Part shown: in pieces, positions 27,435 through 35,735 of the stretch
Position numbering within the stretch: position 1 is the stretch's first letter
Layout of the letters: each line of letters opens with the position of its first letter
From: Anaerolineae bacterium
GTDB lineage: Bacteria; Chloroflexota; Anaerolineae; Aggregatilineales; UBA3940
NCBI GenBank assembly: GCA_034435035.1
Contig: DAOTXW010000060.1
Coordinates: forward strand, 1,586 to 65,585
Length of the DNA stretch: 64,000 nt
Direction: 5' to 3'
Notes under the pieces: generated by a model
The model's database searches: none
Told to the model about the DNA's origin: nothing
What the model saw: the letters and a program-made list of their open reading frames with translations, nothing else
Made by a program: the position numbers and the translations under genes

Positions 27435-27868
27435 AACGCTGGATGAGCCTGATTTTGATCGCGGTGGCCCTGGCCGGCTGCGCAGCCGGCGGAGGCGGCG
27501 GGGGTATCAGCATCGAGGGCGCGTGGGCGCGGCCCTCGCCGATGGAGCAGGGCAACGGGGCGGTGTACATGGTCATCCGCAACAACGGCGCGGAGGATGA
27601 TACGCTGGTAGCTGCCCGCGCTGACATCGCCGCGGTCGTGGAAGTTCACGAGACGGTGGAGATGGAAGGCGGCATGATGGGCATGCGGCCGGTGGAGGGC
27701 GGCATCCCGATCCCCGCGGGCGGCAGCGCCGAGCTGAAGCCCGGCGGCTACCACATCATGCTGATCAATATGACGGGGCAGCTTGAGCCGGGCACGACCA
27801 TCCCGGTGACGCTGGTATTCGAGAAGGCCGGCGAGATCCCCATTGAGGCGGAGGTGCGGGCCGAGTAA
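27431..27868 (+). CDS. Copper chaperone PCu(A)C, lipoprotein
   Basis: Lipobox LAGC. ..AWARPSP..GNGAVYMVIRNNG.. and ..H..M..MMGM.. Cu-binding His/Met motif. ..GGYHIMLI... GTGA overlap with the SCO stop. Confidence 0.85.
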   Translation: MKRWMSLILIAVALAGCAAGGGGGGISIEGAWARPSPMEQGNGAVYMVIRNNGAEDDTLVAARADIAAVVEVHETVEMEGGMMGMRPVEGGIPIPAGGSAELKPGGYHIMLINMTGQLEPGTTIPVTLVFEKAGEIPIEAEVRAE

Positions 27869-28035
27869 ATCGGGCCGCGCTTTCCCCTGCCGATGCAGGG
27901 CTGACCCCCACCGGGAGTCCCGGCTGTGCTGGACTCCCGGTGGGCGTTCTGCTTTCTGCCAGCCGGCGCGGCTGGTCAAAACCCGCCGGGTGCGGTAAGG
28001 TTTGGCCGAGATTCCCGGCAGGAGAAGTGGCAGGA

Positions 28036-29193
28036 ATGGCCAACAACAACGGCCGACCCGGCAGCCCGTCCCCATCCCTGAAGCGCCCGCTGCGTCAGAA
28101 TGTCGCGATCGCGGTGGACGGCGGCGGCATCCGCGGCGTGATCGCGGCGCGGGCGCTGATGCGTCTGGAGGAGGCGCTCGGGCGGCCCATCACCGAGGTG
28201 GCGCGGCTGACAGCCGGCACCTCGACGGGCGCGATCATCCTGGCCGCCATCGCGATGGGGATGGATGCCCGCACCATCCACGGCCTGTACGAGGAGTGGG
28301 GCCCCAGGATCTTCCCGCGGTCGTGGCGCACCAACACGCTTCTCCGCTACACGGTGCGCTACCGCTACAGCGATGCGCCGCTGCGGCATGTCCTGCGGGA
28401 GCAGTGGGGCGACATCACCATGGGGGAGCTGCATCGCCAGCGGCCCGACTTCCACATGGTGCTGACGGCCACCGACATCCTGGCCAACACCACCCGCTTC
28501 ATCAAGCTGTACAAGAAGCGCTACGCCGACTGGCTGCTGCGCGATGTGGTGATGGCCTCCTCCACGCTGCCGAGCATCTTCCCGGTCTTTGTGCATGACT
28601 ACAACGGCTCGCCCTACGATCCGCCGGAGGAGCGCTGGCTGCCGCGCCGCCGCTACTGGGTGGACGGCGGCGTCGGGCTGTACAGCAACCCGTGCTACAC
28701 GGCGGCCTATGAGGTCGCCTTCTGCCTGCGCTCCCAGGGCTGGCGGCTGGATAACACCACGCTGATCAGCATCGGCACCGGCAAACTGCCGATGGAAGAA
28801 GTCTGGGGGCGGCGGCTGCGCGGCTGGCGCGGGCGGGTGCGCTCCCCGCGCATGATGTTCGCCCCCGAGTGGGTCTTCCCCTCCATCGATACCTTTGTGC
28901 AGGATTCGAACCGCCAGCAGGTGCGGCTGGTGCGCCATTTCTTCGGCGATGCGGTGGCCGAGCGTGCCGGCGACCCGGCGGCGGGCCTCGACTTCCGCCG
29001 CTATAACATCATGCTGGAGAGGCCGATCGAGATGGACGACGCCCGCGCCATCCCGGACCTGACGCGCTACGGCGAGCAGCTGGGCGAGATGATCGTCAAC
29101 GACGAGCAGGAGGAGATCGGCGGCTTCGCCTGCGGCGGGCCGTTCACCTTCGCCATGCGCGGCGAGCAGGAAGATCGGATCGCAGCCATTTAG
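28036..29193 (+). CDS. Patatin-like phospholipase
   Basis: Oxyanion/glycine-rich motif AVDGGGIRGV, nucleophile GTSTGAI (GxSxG), and a later DGG (WVDGGVGLYSNP). ATG at 28036 preferred. Confidence 0.85.
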   Translation: MANNNGRPGSPSPSLKRPLRQNVAIAVDGGGIRGVIAARALMRLEEALGRPITEVARLTAGTSTGAIILAAIAMGMDARTIHGLYEEWGPRIFPRSWRTNTLLRYTVRYRYSDAPLRHVLREQWGDITMGELHRQRPDFHMVLTATDILANTTRFIKLYKKRYADWLLRDVVMASSTLPSIFPVFVHDYNGSPYDPPEERWLPRRRYWVDGGVGLYSNPCYTAAYEVAFCLRSQGWRLDNTTLISIGTGKLPMEEVWGRRLRGWRGRVRSPRMMFAPEWVFPSIDTFVQDSNRQQVRLVRHFFGDAVAERAGDPAAGLDFRRYNIMLERPIEMDDARAIPDLTRYGEQLGEMIVNDEQEEIGGFACGGPFTFAMRGEQEDRIAAI

Positions 29194-29274
29194 CCTCCAT
29201 CTCCGGTTTGGCGCAACTTGTGCCATGCCGCTGCGTACCATCCATTGCCGCAGCGATCATTAAGGAGATAACTC

Positions 29275-30360
29275 ATGGCTAACGAAACCCCTCCCCCGGC
29301 GCAGCCGGAGCCGCGCGGATACCGGTCGCTCTTCTGGCCGGTCGTGCTGATCGGCGGCGGGCTGATCTGGCTGCTGATCAATCTCGGAGTCCTCCAGCCC
29401 GGCAGCCTGATCACCCTGTTCCGCCTGTGGCCCCTGCTGCTCATCCTGCTGGGCGTTGACCTGATCATCGGCCGCCGCTCGCCCGTGCTCAGCGCGGGGA
29501 TCGGCCTGGCCACGGTGGCGCTGGGGATCGCCCTGCTGTTCGCCATCCCGCCGGAGAGCCTGCCCGGCAACCCGGGCGTCCGGAGCGGTGAGTTCAGCGA
29601 GCCGGTTGACGGCGCGGAGCGCGCGGTCGTCGAGCTCGACCTCAGCCAGTGGCGGACCACGGTCGAGGCCCTGCCCGCCGGCTCGGACTCGCTGATCGAG
29701 GCCGACCTGGACTACGTGGGCGACATTGTGTTCGAGGCGACGGGGTCGGAGACCCGCACGGTCACCCTGGCCGAACACGGCGACCTGCTGATGCCGGGGC
29801 TGATAGACTGGGCGGCCTACGGCTGGGAGATCGGCCTGAGCCGTGAGGTGCCGCTGGAACTGACCGTCAGCGGCGGGTCGGGCAGCTCGCAGCTCGACCT
29901 GTCGGACCTGCTGATCACCGGCCTGGCCTATGACGGCGGCTCGGGCAGGGCGGATATCATCCTGCCGGCGACCGGCGATCAGTATGAGGCGGCGGTGTCG
30001 GGCGGATCGGGCAGCGTGACTATTGACATCGCCGGGGGCGCGGAGGTGGCGCTCACCACCGACAGCGGCTCGGGTTCATTCACCATCAATGTGAACGATG
30101 GCGCGGTCCTGGAGGCGTCGTCTTCCAGCGGCTCCGGCAGCGTCACATTCAACCTGCCCGCCGACGCCGGGGCGCGGGTGGAGGTGCTGTCCTCGGGCAG
30201 CGGATCGATCCGCGTGGCGGGCCGCTTCGACCGGGTCAGCGACGGCGGCGATGACGATGACGACACCGGAGTCTGGGAGACGCCGGGCTTCGGCGGCGCC
30301 GAGGCGCCGATCGTGATCCGCATCCGGGATGCCGGCTCAGGCAGCGTGACCATCAATTGA
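29275..30360 (+). CDS. Membrane protein with an N-terminal LiaF/DUF5668-like TM region and a C-terminal toastrack/DUF4097-like beta-repeat domain
   Basis: Three or four TM helices. These are followed by seven periodic repeats centred on (S/D)GSGS (..GGSGSSQLDLS.., ..SGGSGSVTIDI.., ..DSGSGSFTINV.., ..SSGSGSVTFNL.., ..DAGSGSVTIN). Confidence 0.7.
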   Translation: MANETPPPAQPEPRGYRSLFWPVVLIGGGLIWLLINLGVLQPGSLITLFRLWPLLLILLGVDLIIGRRSPVLSAGIGLATVALGIALLFAIPPESLPGNPGVRSGEFSEPVDGAERAVVELDLSQWRTTVEALPAGSDSLIEADLDYVGDIVFEATGSETRTVTLAEHGDLLMPGLIDWAAYGWEIGLSREVPLELTVSGGSGSSQLDLSDLLITGLAYDGGSGRADIILPATGDQYEAAVSGGSGSVTIDIAGGAEVALTTDSGSGSFTINVNDGAVLEASSSSGSGSVTFNLPADAGARVEVLSSGSGSIRVAGRFDRVSDGGDDDDDTGVWETPGFGGAEAPIVIRIRDAGSGSVTIN

Positions 30361-30385
30361 GCGCGCCGCTGCGCCGCCGAAGCAG

Positions 30386-30419
30386 ACCGGGAGCCTCTGG
30401 CAGGGCTCCCGGTTTTTTG
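30386..30419. terminator. Bidirectional intrinsic terminator between convergent genes
   Basis: ACCGGGAGCC-tctggcag-GGCTCCCGGT followed by TTTTTT. Confidence 0.7.
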
Positions 30420-30429
30420 TCAGGCGCGG

Positions 30430-30945
30430 CTAGCGATCGCTGCGGCTGGTGCGGGTTTCGTCGATGACCGCGATCAGCCGCTCGATGTTCGGCGGCGCGT
30501 GGGGGTTCTCCGGGGTTTCCACGTAGCGCACCTTCCCCTCCGGATCAAGGTACAGCACCGAGGGCTGCTCCCGGTGCTCACCGGGCCCGTCGAACCCCAG
30601 ATGCTGCTTCACCGAGGGGGTGCTGTCGGGCAGCATGGCGAAGCGCGGCGCAGGCACGGCTGCCAGCTGGTAGGTGGCGATGTTGACCGGCTGATCGGCC
30701 AGCACCCACGCCAGGGAGACACGGTGATGGTGCAGCGCTTCTGCGAAGCGGTTGGCCCGCTGGAGCTGCTGCACGCACTGCGGGCAGTAGGTGCCGTGCA
30801 TGAAGCCGATGACGATGCCGTCCTGCCCGGCCAGATCCCGCAGGCGCACGGGTTTCCCTTCGGCGGTCTGGAGCGTGATCCCGCTGAGGTCGGCGGGGGA
30901 ATCGGCGGCCGGCTGGCCGGCGGTCTGAGTCGATGATGTGTCCAT
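30430..30945 (-). CDS. Redoxin/AhpC-TSA-like thioredoxin-fold protein
   Basis: ..VIGFMHGTYCPQCVQQL.. CxxC in a peroxiredoxin-like context. Confidence 0.7.
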   Translation of the reverse strand: MDTSSTQTAGQPAADSPADLSGITLQTAEGKPVRLRDLAGQDGIVIGFMHGTYCPQCVQQLQRANRFAEALHHHRVSLAWVLADQPVNIATYQLAAVPAPRFAMLPDSTPSVKQHLGFDGPGEHREQPSVLYLDPEGKVRYVETPENPHAPPNIERLIAVIDETRTSRSDR

Positions 30946-31083
30946 GAGCCTCTACCTGTCCTGTCACAGAACGGAGCGTACCGGAACCATGCTCATTGGA
31001 CAGCGGGGCCGCCGGCGATCTTACGCAGAAGGGGCATGGCTGCCCGGCCATGCCCCTTCGGATTCGCTGCGCCCCCGCCGGGG

Positions 31084-31761
31084 TTATTCGGCGGAGGAAG
31101 CTTCGGCCGCTTCCACCGGCGGCCCCTTGCGGCGGATGCCGTGGGTCACATGGCGGTAGATGTAGTAGCCCATCCCGCCCAGGATCGCCAGCGCGATCGG
31201 GATGTCGAAGGGCCGCATGATCGCCCGCAGCTCCTCCCAGTTGGCGCCGAAGAAGTAGCCGCCCAGCGCCAGCGCCCCGCACCAGAGGAAGGAGCCGGCG
31301 AACGACAGGGCCGTGAAGTGCCAGAAGCGCACCTTCATGACACCGGCCGGGAAGGAGATGAACGTGCGGACGATCGGCAGCAGGCGCGACAGGAACGAGG
31401 TCCAGTCCCCCCAGCGTGCGAACCATTTGTCCGCGCGCTCGATGTCCTCCGGGTTGATCATCAGGTACTTGCCGTAGCGCTCCACCAGCGGGCGGCCGCC
31501 GTAATAGCCCAGGGCATAGTTGAGGATGCTGCCGATCGTGCAGCCGATTCCGCCCCACAGCCCGCCCAGCAGGAGCGCCTGCAGCCACGTGCCGCCGCGA
31601 TCTTCCACCAGCAGCCAGCCGGCCAGCGGCATGGTGACCTCGGATGGGATCGGGATGTTGGCGCTTTCGAGCGCCATGATGACCACCACGCCGAACCAGT
31701 CGATAGTCTGGAAGAGGGTGGTCAGAAACTGGACAATTGCCTGCTCCCACGCATGGGGCAT
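31084..31761 (-). CDS. DedA-family membrane protein
   Basis: ..ALESANIPIPSEVTMPLAG.., ..GRPLVERYGKY.., ..FLSRLLPIVRTFISFPAGV.. are typical DedA/SNARE-associated motifs. Confidence 0.85.
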   Translation of the reverse strand: MPHAWEQAIVQFLTTLFQTIDWFGVVVIMALESANIPIPSEVTMPLAGWLLVEDRGGTWLQALLLGGLWGGIGCTIGSILNYALGYYGGRPLVERYGKYLMINPEDIERADKWFARWGDWTSFLSRLLPIVRTFISFPAGVMKVRFWHFTALSFAGSFLWCGALALGGYFFGANWEELRAIMRPFDIPIALAILGGMGYYIYRHVTHGIRRKGPPVEAAEASSAE

Positions 31762-31907
31762 CGCCGTTTTACCTCGCTGTTGAAAACGAATGAGCCGGGC
31801 AGGGCCCGGCGCTGCCGCTGAATTGAACGCGCCGGAGTATAACAGCCCCGCTCCGACCGGTCAAGCGGTGGGGCGGGGCGCTCAGCGTGCGGGAGGCTGC
31901 GCCGGAG

Positions 31908-32516
31908 CTAGCCGGTCAGCCGTGGGAAGAACCGCCCGGTGCGCTGCATGTAGGCGCGGTAGGCATCGCCGAAGCGCTCCACCAGCATCGCTTCCTCCCG
32001 GCGGGTGCGGATGATCAGCGGGACGGCCAGCACGGCCATCAGCGCGGCGAAGAACCAGGTGGCAGCCACCAGGCTCAGCGCCGCGAAGAAGATGATCCCA
32101 GAGGTGTACAGGGGGTGACGAATCCAGCGGTACGGGCCGGTGGTCACCAGGCTGTGCTCGCCTTTGGTCACCACGGTCCGGGTGACGTTGCCGCCCAGAT
32201 GCCGCTGCGCCCACAGGATCAGGAAGGGCACGACGGCGGCTGCCCCGACTCCGCACCAGCGGAGCCAGGCCGGCAGCGGCAGCGCGGCCCGGGCCAGGAT
32301 CGGCGGGTAGATGGCGTAGGCGATCCCGCCCAGCCACAGCAGCGGGCCCAGCACGCGCAGCAGCAGGTAGATCAGGGGACCTTCCTGCGCAAAGGCGGCG
32401 CGGGGGGAGACGCGTCCCCCGATGGGCTCAGCCCGGCGCCGGTAGGAGCCGGCGATGAACAGGCTGGAGAAGAACAGCACGGCAAACGCGATCTGGAAAG
32501 GGGTATTCTCGGCCAT
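31908..32516 (-). CDS. Isoprenylcysteine carboxyl methyltransferase (ICMT)/phospholipid methyltransferase-family membrane protein
   Basis: ..LVTTGPYRWIRHPLYTSGIIFF.. and ..RTRREEAMLVERFGDAYRAYMQRTGRF... Confidence 0.8.
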   Translation of the reverse strand: MAENTPFQIAFAVLFFSSLFIAGSYRRRAEPIGGRVSPRAAFAQEGPLIYLLLRVLGPLLWLGGIAYAIYPPILARAALPLPAWLRWCGVGAAAVVPFLILWAQRHLGGNVTRTVVTKGEHSLVTTGPYRWIRHPLYTSGIIFFAALSLVAATWFFAALMAVLAVPLIIRTRREEAMLVERFGDAYRAYMQRTGRFFPRLTG

Positions 32517-32539
32517 GAAATCGGTGCCCTCAGTAAATA

Positions 32540-32584
32540 TTTAGGAATACCTAAAATAATATTTTATTTATCGCTAAATGTCAA
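32540..32584 (-). promoter_or_regulatory. Consensus sigma-70 promoter (TTGACA-17 nt-TATTAT on the minus strand) with a palindromic operator TTTAGG-nnnn-CCTAAA at the predicted transcription start
   Basis: On the plus strand, TGTCAA lies at 32579-32584 and ATAATA at 32556-32561. The palindrome lies at 32540-32555. All sit in a ~50-bp AT-rich island directly upstream of the ICMT-family gene. Confidence 0.6.
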
Positions 32585-32653
32585 GGCCCTGACTGGCGGA
32601 AAAAGCAGTGCCGCCCCCGGAGGAGGGGCGGCAGGTCGGCGCATGGCCGGGAC

Positions 32654-33163
32654 CTACTGAGTCTGGGTTTCGCAGTTGGAAAAGGTATCGGTGCCGGCCT
32701 GCCCCAGGCAGGTATCCGTCTGGTTGCCGCCGTTCAGCGTATCGTCGCCGGCGCCGCCGTACAGGGTATCGCTGTTGTTGCCGCCCAGCAGCCAGTCCGC
32801 TCCGGCGTCGCCCAGGATCACATCGCTGCCGTTGCCGCCGAGGATGATGTCGTTGCCGTTGCCGCCGACGATGCAGTCATCGCCATTCTGTGCGTTGATC
32901 AGGTCGCCGCCCGGGGTGCCCAGGATCAGATCGTTACCGTTGGTGGGCGCGCCCACCCCGATCTGCACCACACTGGTCAGGTTCAGGGAAGCGCACTCGG
33001 TCGGCTTCAGGTCATTGGCCGTGATGGCGCGGCTGGAATCCTCCGCGCCGCTTTCATCGACGGTGTTGGCCGCGGCCAGCGCCGAGATGACGCCGGCCAG
33101 GATCAGGGCCAGCAGGGCGATCAGCGCGAGGCGAACGGCTATTGTGATCCGCTGGATGTCCAT
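32654..33163 (-). CDS. Secreted calcium-binding-repeat (GGxGxD, RTX-like) protein with a SipW-operon-type signal peptide
   Basis: The ATG at 33163 is preceded by GGGAGG. N-terminal TM/signal ..LILAGVISALAAANTVDESGAE... C-terminal repeats GGNGNDIILGGNGSDVILGDAGADWLLGGNNSDTLYGGAGDDTLNGGN. Confidence 0.8.
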   Translation of the reverse strand: MDIQRITIAVRLALIALLALILAGVISALAAANTVDESGAEDSSRAITANDLKPTECASLNLTSVVQIGVGAPTNGNDLILGTPGGDLINAQNGDDCIVGGNGNDIILGGNGSDVILGDAGADWLLGGNNSDTLYGGAGDDTLNGGNQTDTCLGQAGTDTFSNCETQTQ

Positions 33164-33185
33164 TTGACCTCCCGCCGTGTGACAC

Positions 33186-35600
33186 CTACGGCGCCGCGTC
33201 GATGGAGGCGGCGCAGCGGAAGCCAAGCCCCGCGATGCGCAGATCGGGTTCGAAGCCGGCGCGGGCCGTCGCGCGGATGGCCGTCAGCGGCACGCCCCAG
33301 GCTCCACCCCGCAGCACCCGCAGCGTCCCGTCCTCCGGGCCGGCCGGATCTTCCGCCGGGGAATCGGCGTAGTAGTCGGCGTCGTACCAGTCGGCCACCC
33401 ACTCGGCCACGTTGCCCAGCATGTCCAGGGCGCCCACGGGGCTGGCCCCCGCCGGGTAGCTGCCGACCGGCGCGGTCTGCGTCCAGCCGTCATCAAAGGA
33501 CCGGTCGGCCTGATCCAGCGGGCAGCCGGCGTCGCAGAAATTGAGAAGGGCCGGATCCTGCTGATCCCCCCACGGGTAGGTGGTCACCTGCCCGGTGCGG
33601 GGATTCCAGCGGGCGGCCATCTCCCATTCCGCCTCAGTGGGCAGACGGGCGCCCCGCCAGCGGCAGTAGGCGTCGGCGTCCTGCCAGCTGACGAAGATGA
33701 CAGGGTAGTCGGCAAACACATCCGTCCCGTAGTAGGGTTCGCCCAGGTAATCTGTGGTCGGGGAGGGCTGACGGCAGGCGCCGGCGGCCACGCAGACGGC
33801 GTACTGCGCGTTGGTCACCTCAGTGCGATCGATGGCGTAAGCGGACAGGGTGACGGAGTGAATCGGGCCTTCCGGTGCGCCGCGCTCCGAGCCCATCTCA
33901 AACGTCCCGCCGGGCACGGGCACCATGTCCGCGTCCCGCTGGACGATCGGACTGGCCGCCGCGGTAAGCTCCGCCGGGGCGGTCGCCGCCGTCGGTGGGG
34001 TGGCTGAGTCCCCGGTGGGCGTGATCGGGACGGCGGTGGGGATCGTCGTCGAAGCCCGCGTCGGGGCCGGGGTGTTGGCGGCGTCCGGCGTCCCCGTTGG
34101 AAGCGGGGCGAGAAGCTCGCTCAGCGGCCGCTGGCCGGTCAGCCAGACGACGGCCACCGCCGCCGCGATCAGGGCGGCGGCGCCGCCCAGCACCAGCAGG
34201 ATGACCAGCAGGGTGCGCGGCGCCCTGGCGGGCCTGCTCGCCGGAACCGCCGGGAGCGGCGCCCCGCCTCCAGCCTGAGTCGCATCCGGGTCGTAGGCAG
34301 GCGCAGGAAGGGCCTGCGCGGATGACAGCCAGCCCGCGACTCCGGCCGTCACCATGATGAGCGCAACGATCAGCCCGCCTGCCGACAGCCAGCGGGCCGT
34401 GCCGACGGGCACCTGCTGCCCCAGGATGGTCAGCGTGGCGGGCACCGTGACCTCGCGGGCCAGGAAGCGATCAGCGGCGGGCTGCACAGGCGAGCCCTCT
34501 TCGCCGGGATCGGTGACCAGCGCCATCTGCTGATCGTCCAGCAGGAAATCGATCTGCGGCTCGAAGTCATCGGACAGCAGATCGCCGCCCAGCCAGCCCT
34601 CGACATGCACCGGCGCGATGATGGACAGGGTGTACTGCCCGCGCTGGATGCCGGTGCGCGTTTCGAGCTGGGCGATCAGGCCCGTCACCTCATCCAGGTC
34701 CAGGACGCCGCTCGCAGTGATCGCGCTGCCTGCGAAGGTGCGGTCGGGCTGCAGCTCCAGCGTGCGCGTCCAGCCGCTGTTGGTGTCGGTGAGGCGGGCC
34801 AGCAGCCCGTAGGTGGTGCTCAGCCCGGCGGGCGCCTCGGAGGTAAACCGGTAGTCGAACTGGAACGTCACTTCGTCGGTGAGGGCGATGAAGACCGGGT
34901 CGCCGGTTGTCACCGCATCGGTGTCGTAGATGCCGTCCGGCGCGGGCGCTGAGTAGGTAAAGACGCCGCTGTGACGGTAGGGCACCTGCTCGGTCGCCCG
35001 CGTGCGCAGCGGCTGACGGAAGGCCGCCAGCCCCAGCACGATGCAGGCTGCCGCCAGCATCAGCCCCAGCAGGAGGATATCCGCTGCTGCCTGGCGCCGG
35101 GATGCCGGCTCAGGATTCGAAGTGGATCGGGTCTGTCTGTCCATCCGGATTGTGCTCACAATCAGCAGCCCCAGAATCGCGGCCAGGGCTGCCACTCCCA
35201 CCGGCGACTGAAGCCGCCGCACATAACCGCCCACCCCCGGCAGACGCAGCCACAGCTTGCCGATGATCTCGTCCCGGGTGGGCTGGTGCGAGTCCGTCCA
35301 GTGGTTGTTGTCCCCCTTGAGGAGGAACCGCTCCCCCTGCTGATCGATGATGCGGTGGATCACCGGCCCGTAGCGCGGGTCGCGGTAGGTCACCACCTCG
35401 CCGATCTGGTAGCTGTCGCCGGCCCGCAGGACAGCCAGATCGCCGCGGGACAGCACGGGCTCCATGCTGCTGCCGGTGACGATCACATACGCGGCCTGCC
35501 CGCCGAACCCGACCGGCGCAAAAGTGATCCAGGCGGCGGCGGTGGCCACCAGCAGCACGATGGGCCAGAACAGCCTTCTGCGAGCAGGGTCGAATCCCAT
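33186..35600 (-). CDS. Fusion protein: archaeal/SipW-type signal peptidase I, TM segments, an extracytoplasmic domain of unknown function, Pro/Thr-rich linkers, and a C-terminal FGE/SUMF1-type domain
   Basis: Peptidase motifs ..VIVTGSSMEPVLSRGDL.. and ..LLKGDNNHWTDSH... At least four TM helices. The FGE-sulfatase-type C-terminus has ..VPGGTFEMGS.., ..VTNAQYAVCV.., ..RLPTEAEWEMAAR.., ..LDMLGNVAEWVADWY.., ..RVLRGGAWG... Confidence 0.85.
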   Translation of the reverse strand: MGFDPARRRLFWPIVLLVATAAAWITFAPVGFGGQAAYVIVTGSSMEPVLSRGDLAVLRAGDSYQIGEVVTYRDPRYGPVIHRIIDQQGERFLLKGDNNHWTDSHQPTRDEIIGKLWLRLPGVGGYVRRLQSPVGVAALAAILGLLIVSTIRMDRQTRSTSNPEPASRRQAAADILLLGLMLAAACIVLGLAAFRQPLRTRATEQVPYRHSGVFTYSAPAPDGIYDTDAVTTGDPVFIALTDEVTFQFDYRFTSEAPAGLSTTYGLLARLTDTNSGWTRTLELQPDRTFAGSAITASGVLDLDEVTGLIAQLETRTGIQRGQYTLSIIAPVHVEGWLGGDLLSDDFEPQIDFLLDDQQMALVTDPGEEGSPVQPAADRFLAREVTVPATLTILGQQVPVGTARWLSAGGLIVALIMVTAGVAGWLSSAQALPAPAYDPDATQAGGGAPLPAVPASRPARAPRTLLVILLVLGGAAALIAAAVAVVWLTGQRPLSELLAPLPTGTPDAANTPAPTRASTTIPTAVPITPTGDSATPPTAATAPAELTAAASPIVQRDADMVPVPGGTFEMGSERGAPEGPIHSVTLSAYAIDRTEVTNAQYAVCVAAGACRQPSPTTDYLGEPYYGTDVFADYPVIFVSWQDADAYCRWRGARLPTEAEWEMAARWNPRTGQVTTYPWGDQQDPALLNFCDAGCPLDQADRSFDDGWTQTAPVGSYPAGASPVGALDMLGNVAEWVADWYDADYYADSPAEDPAGPEDGTLRVLRGGAWGVPLTAIRATARAGFEPDLRIAGLGFRCAASIDAAP

Positions 35601-35651
35601 CGGCTTGGGTCCAGGGCTTCTCGATCCGGGCGTCTCTGCTTATCTTACAGC

Positions 35652-35688
35652 AGGGGCACAGCCAACCGCCAGCGGTCGCTGTGCCCCT
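35652..35688 (-). terminator. Intercistronic GC-rich stem-loop (possible partial terminator or RNA stabiliser) between the small secreted-protein gene and the peptidase gene
   Basis: AGGGGCACAG (35652-35661) pairs with CTGTGCCCCT (35679-35688), a 10-bp perfect stem with a 17-nt loop. There is no U-tract. Confidence 0.35.
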
Positions 35689-35735
35689 CTCAGAGTGTCG
35701 GTGGCGCGGCCCGGCGCCGCGTCAGGCGGCTGCAG

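Noticed and set aside
28036-29193. Patatin-like phospholipase as a CBASS-type defence effector
   Set aside because: No cGAS/DncV-like nucleotidyltransferase, E1/E2/JAB or other CBASS components are adjacent. Its neighbours are copper chaperones and a LiaF-like membrane protein, so it is more likely a housekeeping or membrane lipase.
29800-30360. Periodic SGSGS-encoding repeats as a possible DNA tandem repeat or CRISPR-like array
   Set aside because: The periodicity is at the protein level (beta-strand repeats of a toastrack/DUF4097-like domain). The nucleotide units are not conserved, and no repeat-spacer structure exists.
32654-33163. RTX-repeat protein as a type I secreted toxin
   Set aside because: It has an N-terminal signal/TM segment rather than a C-terminal T1SS signal. 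No ABC/MFP/TolC genes are nearby. It shares its signal-peptide motif with the neighbouring SipW-operon protein.
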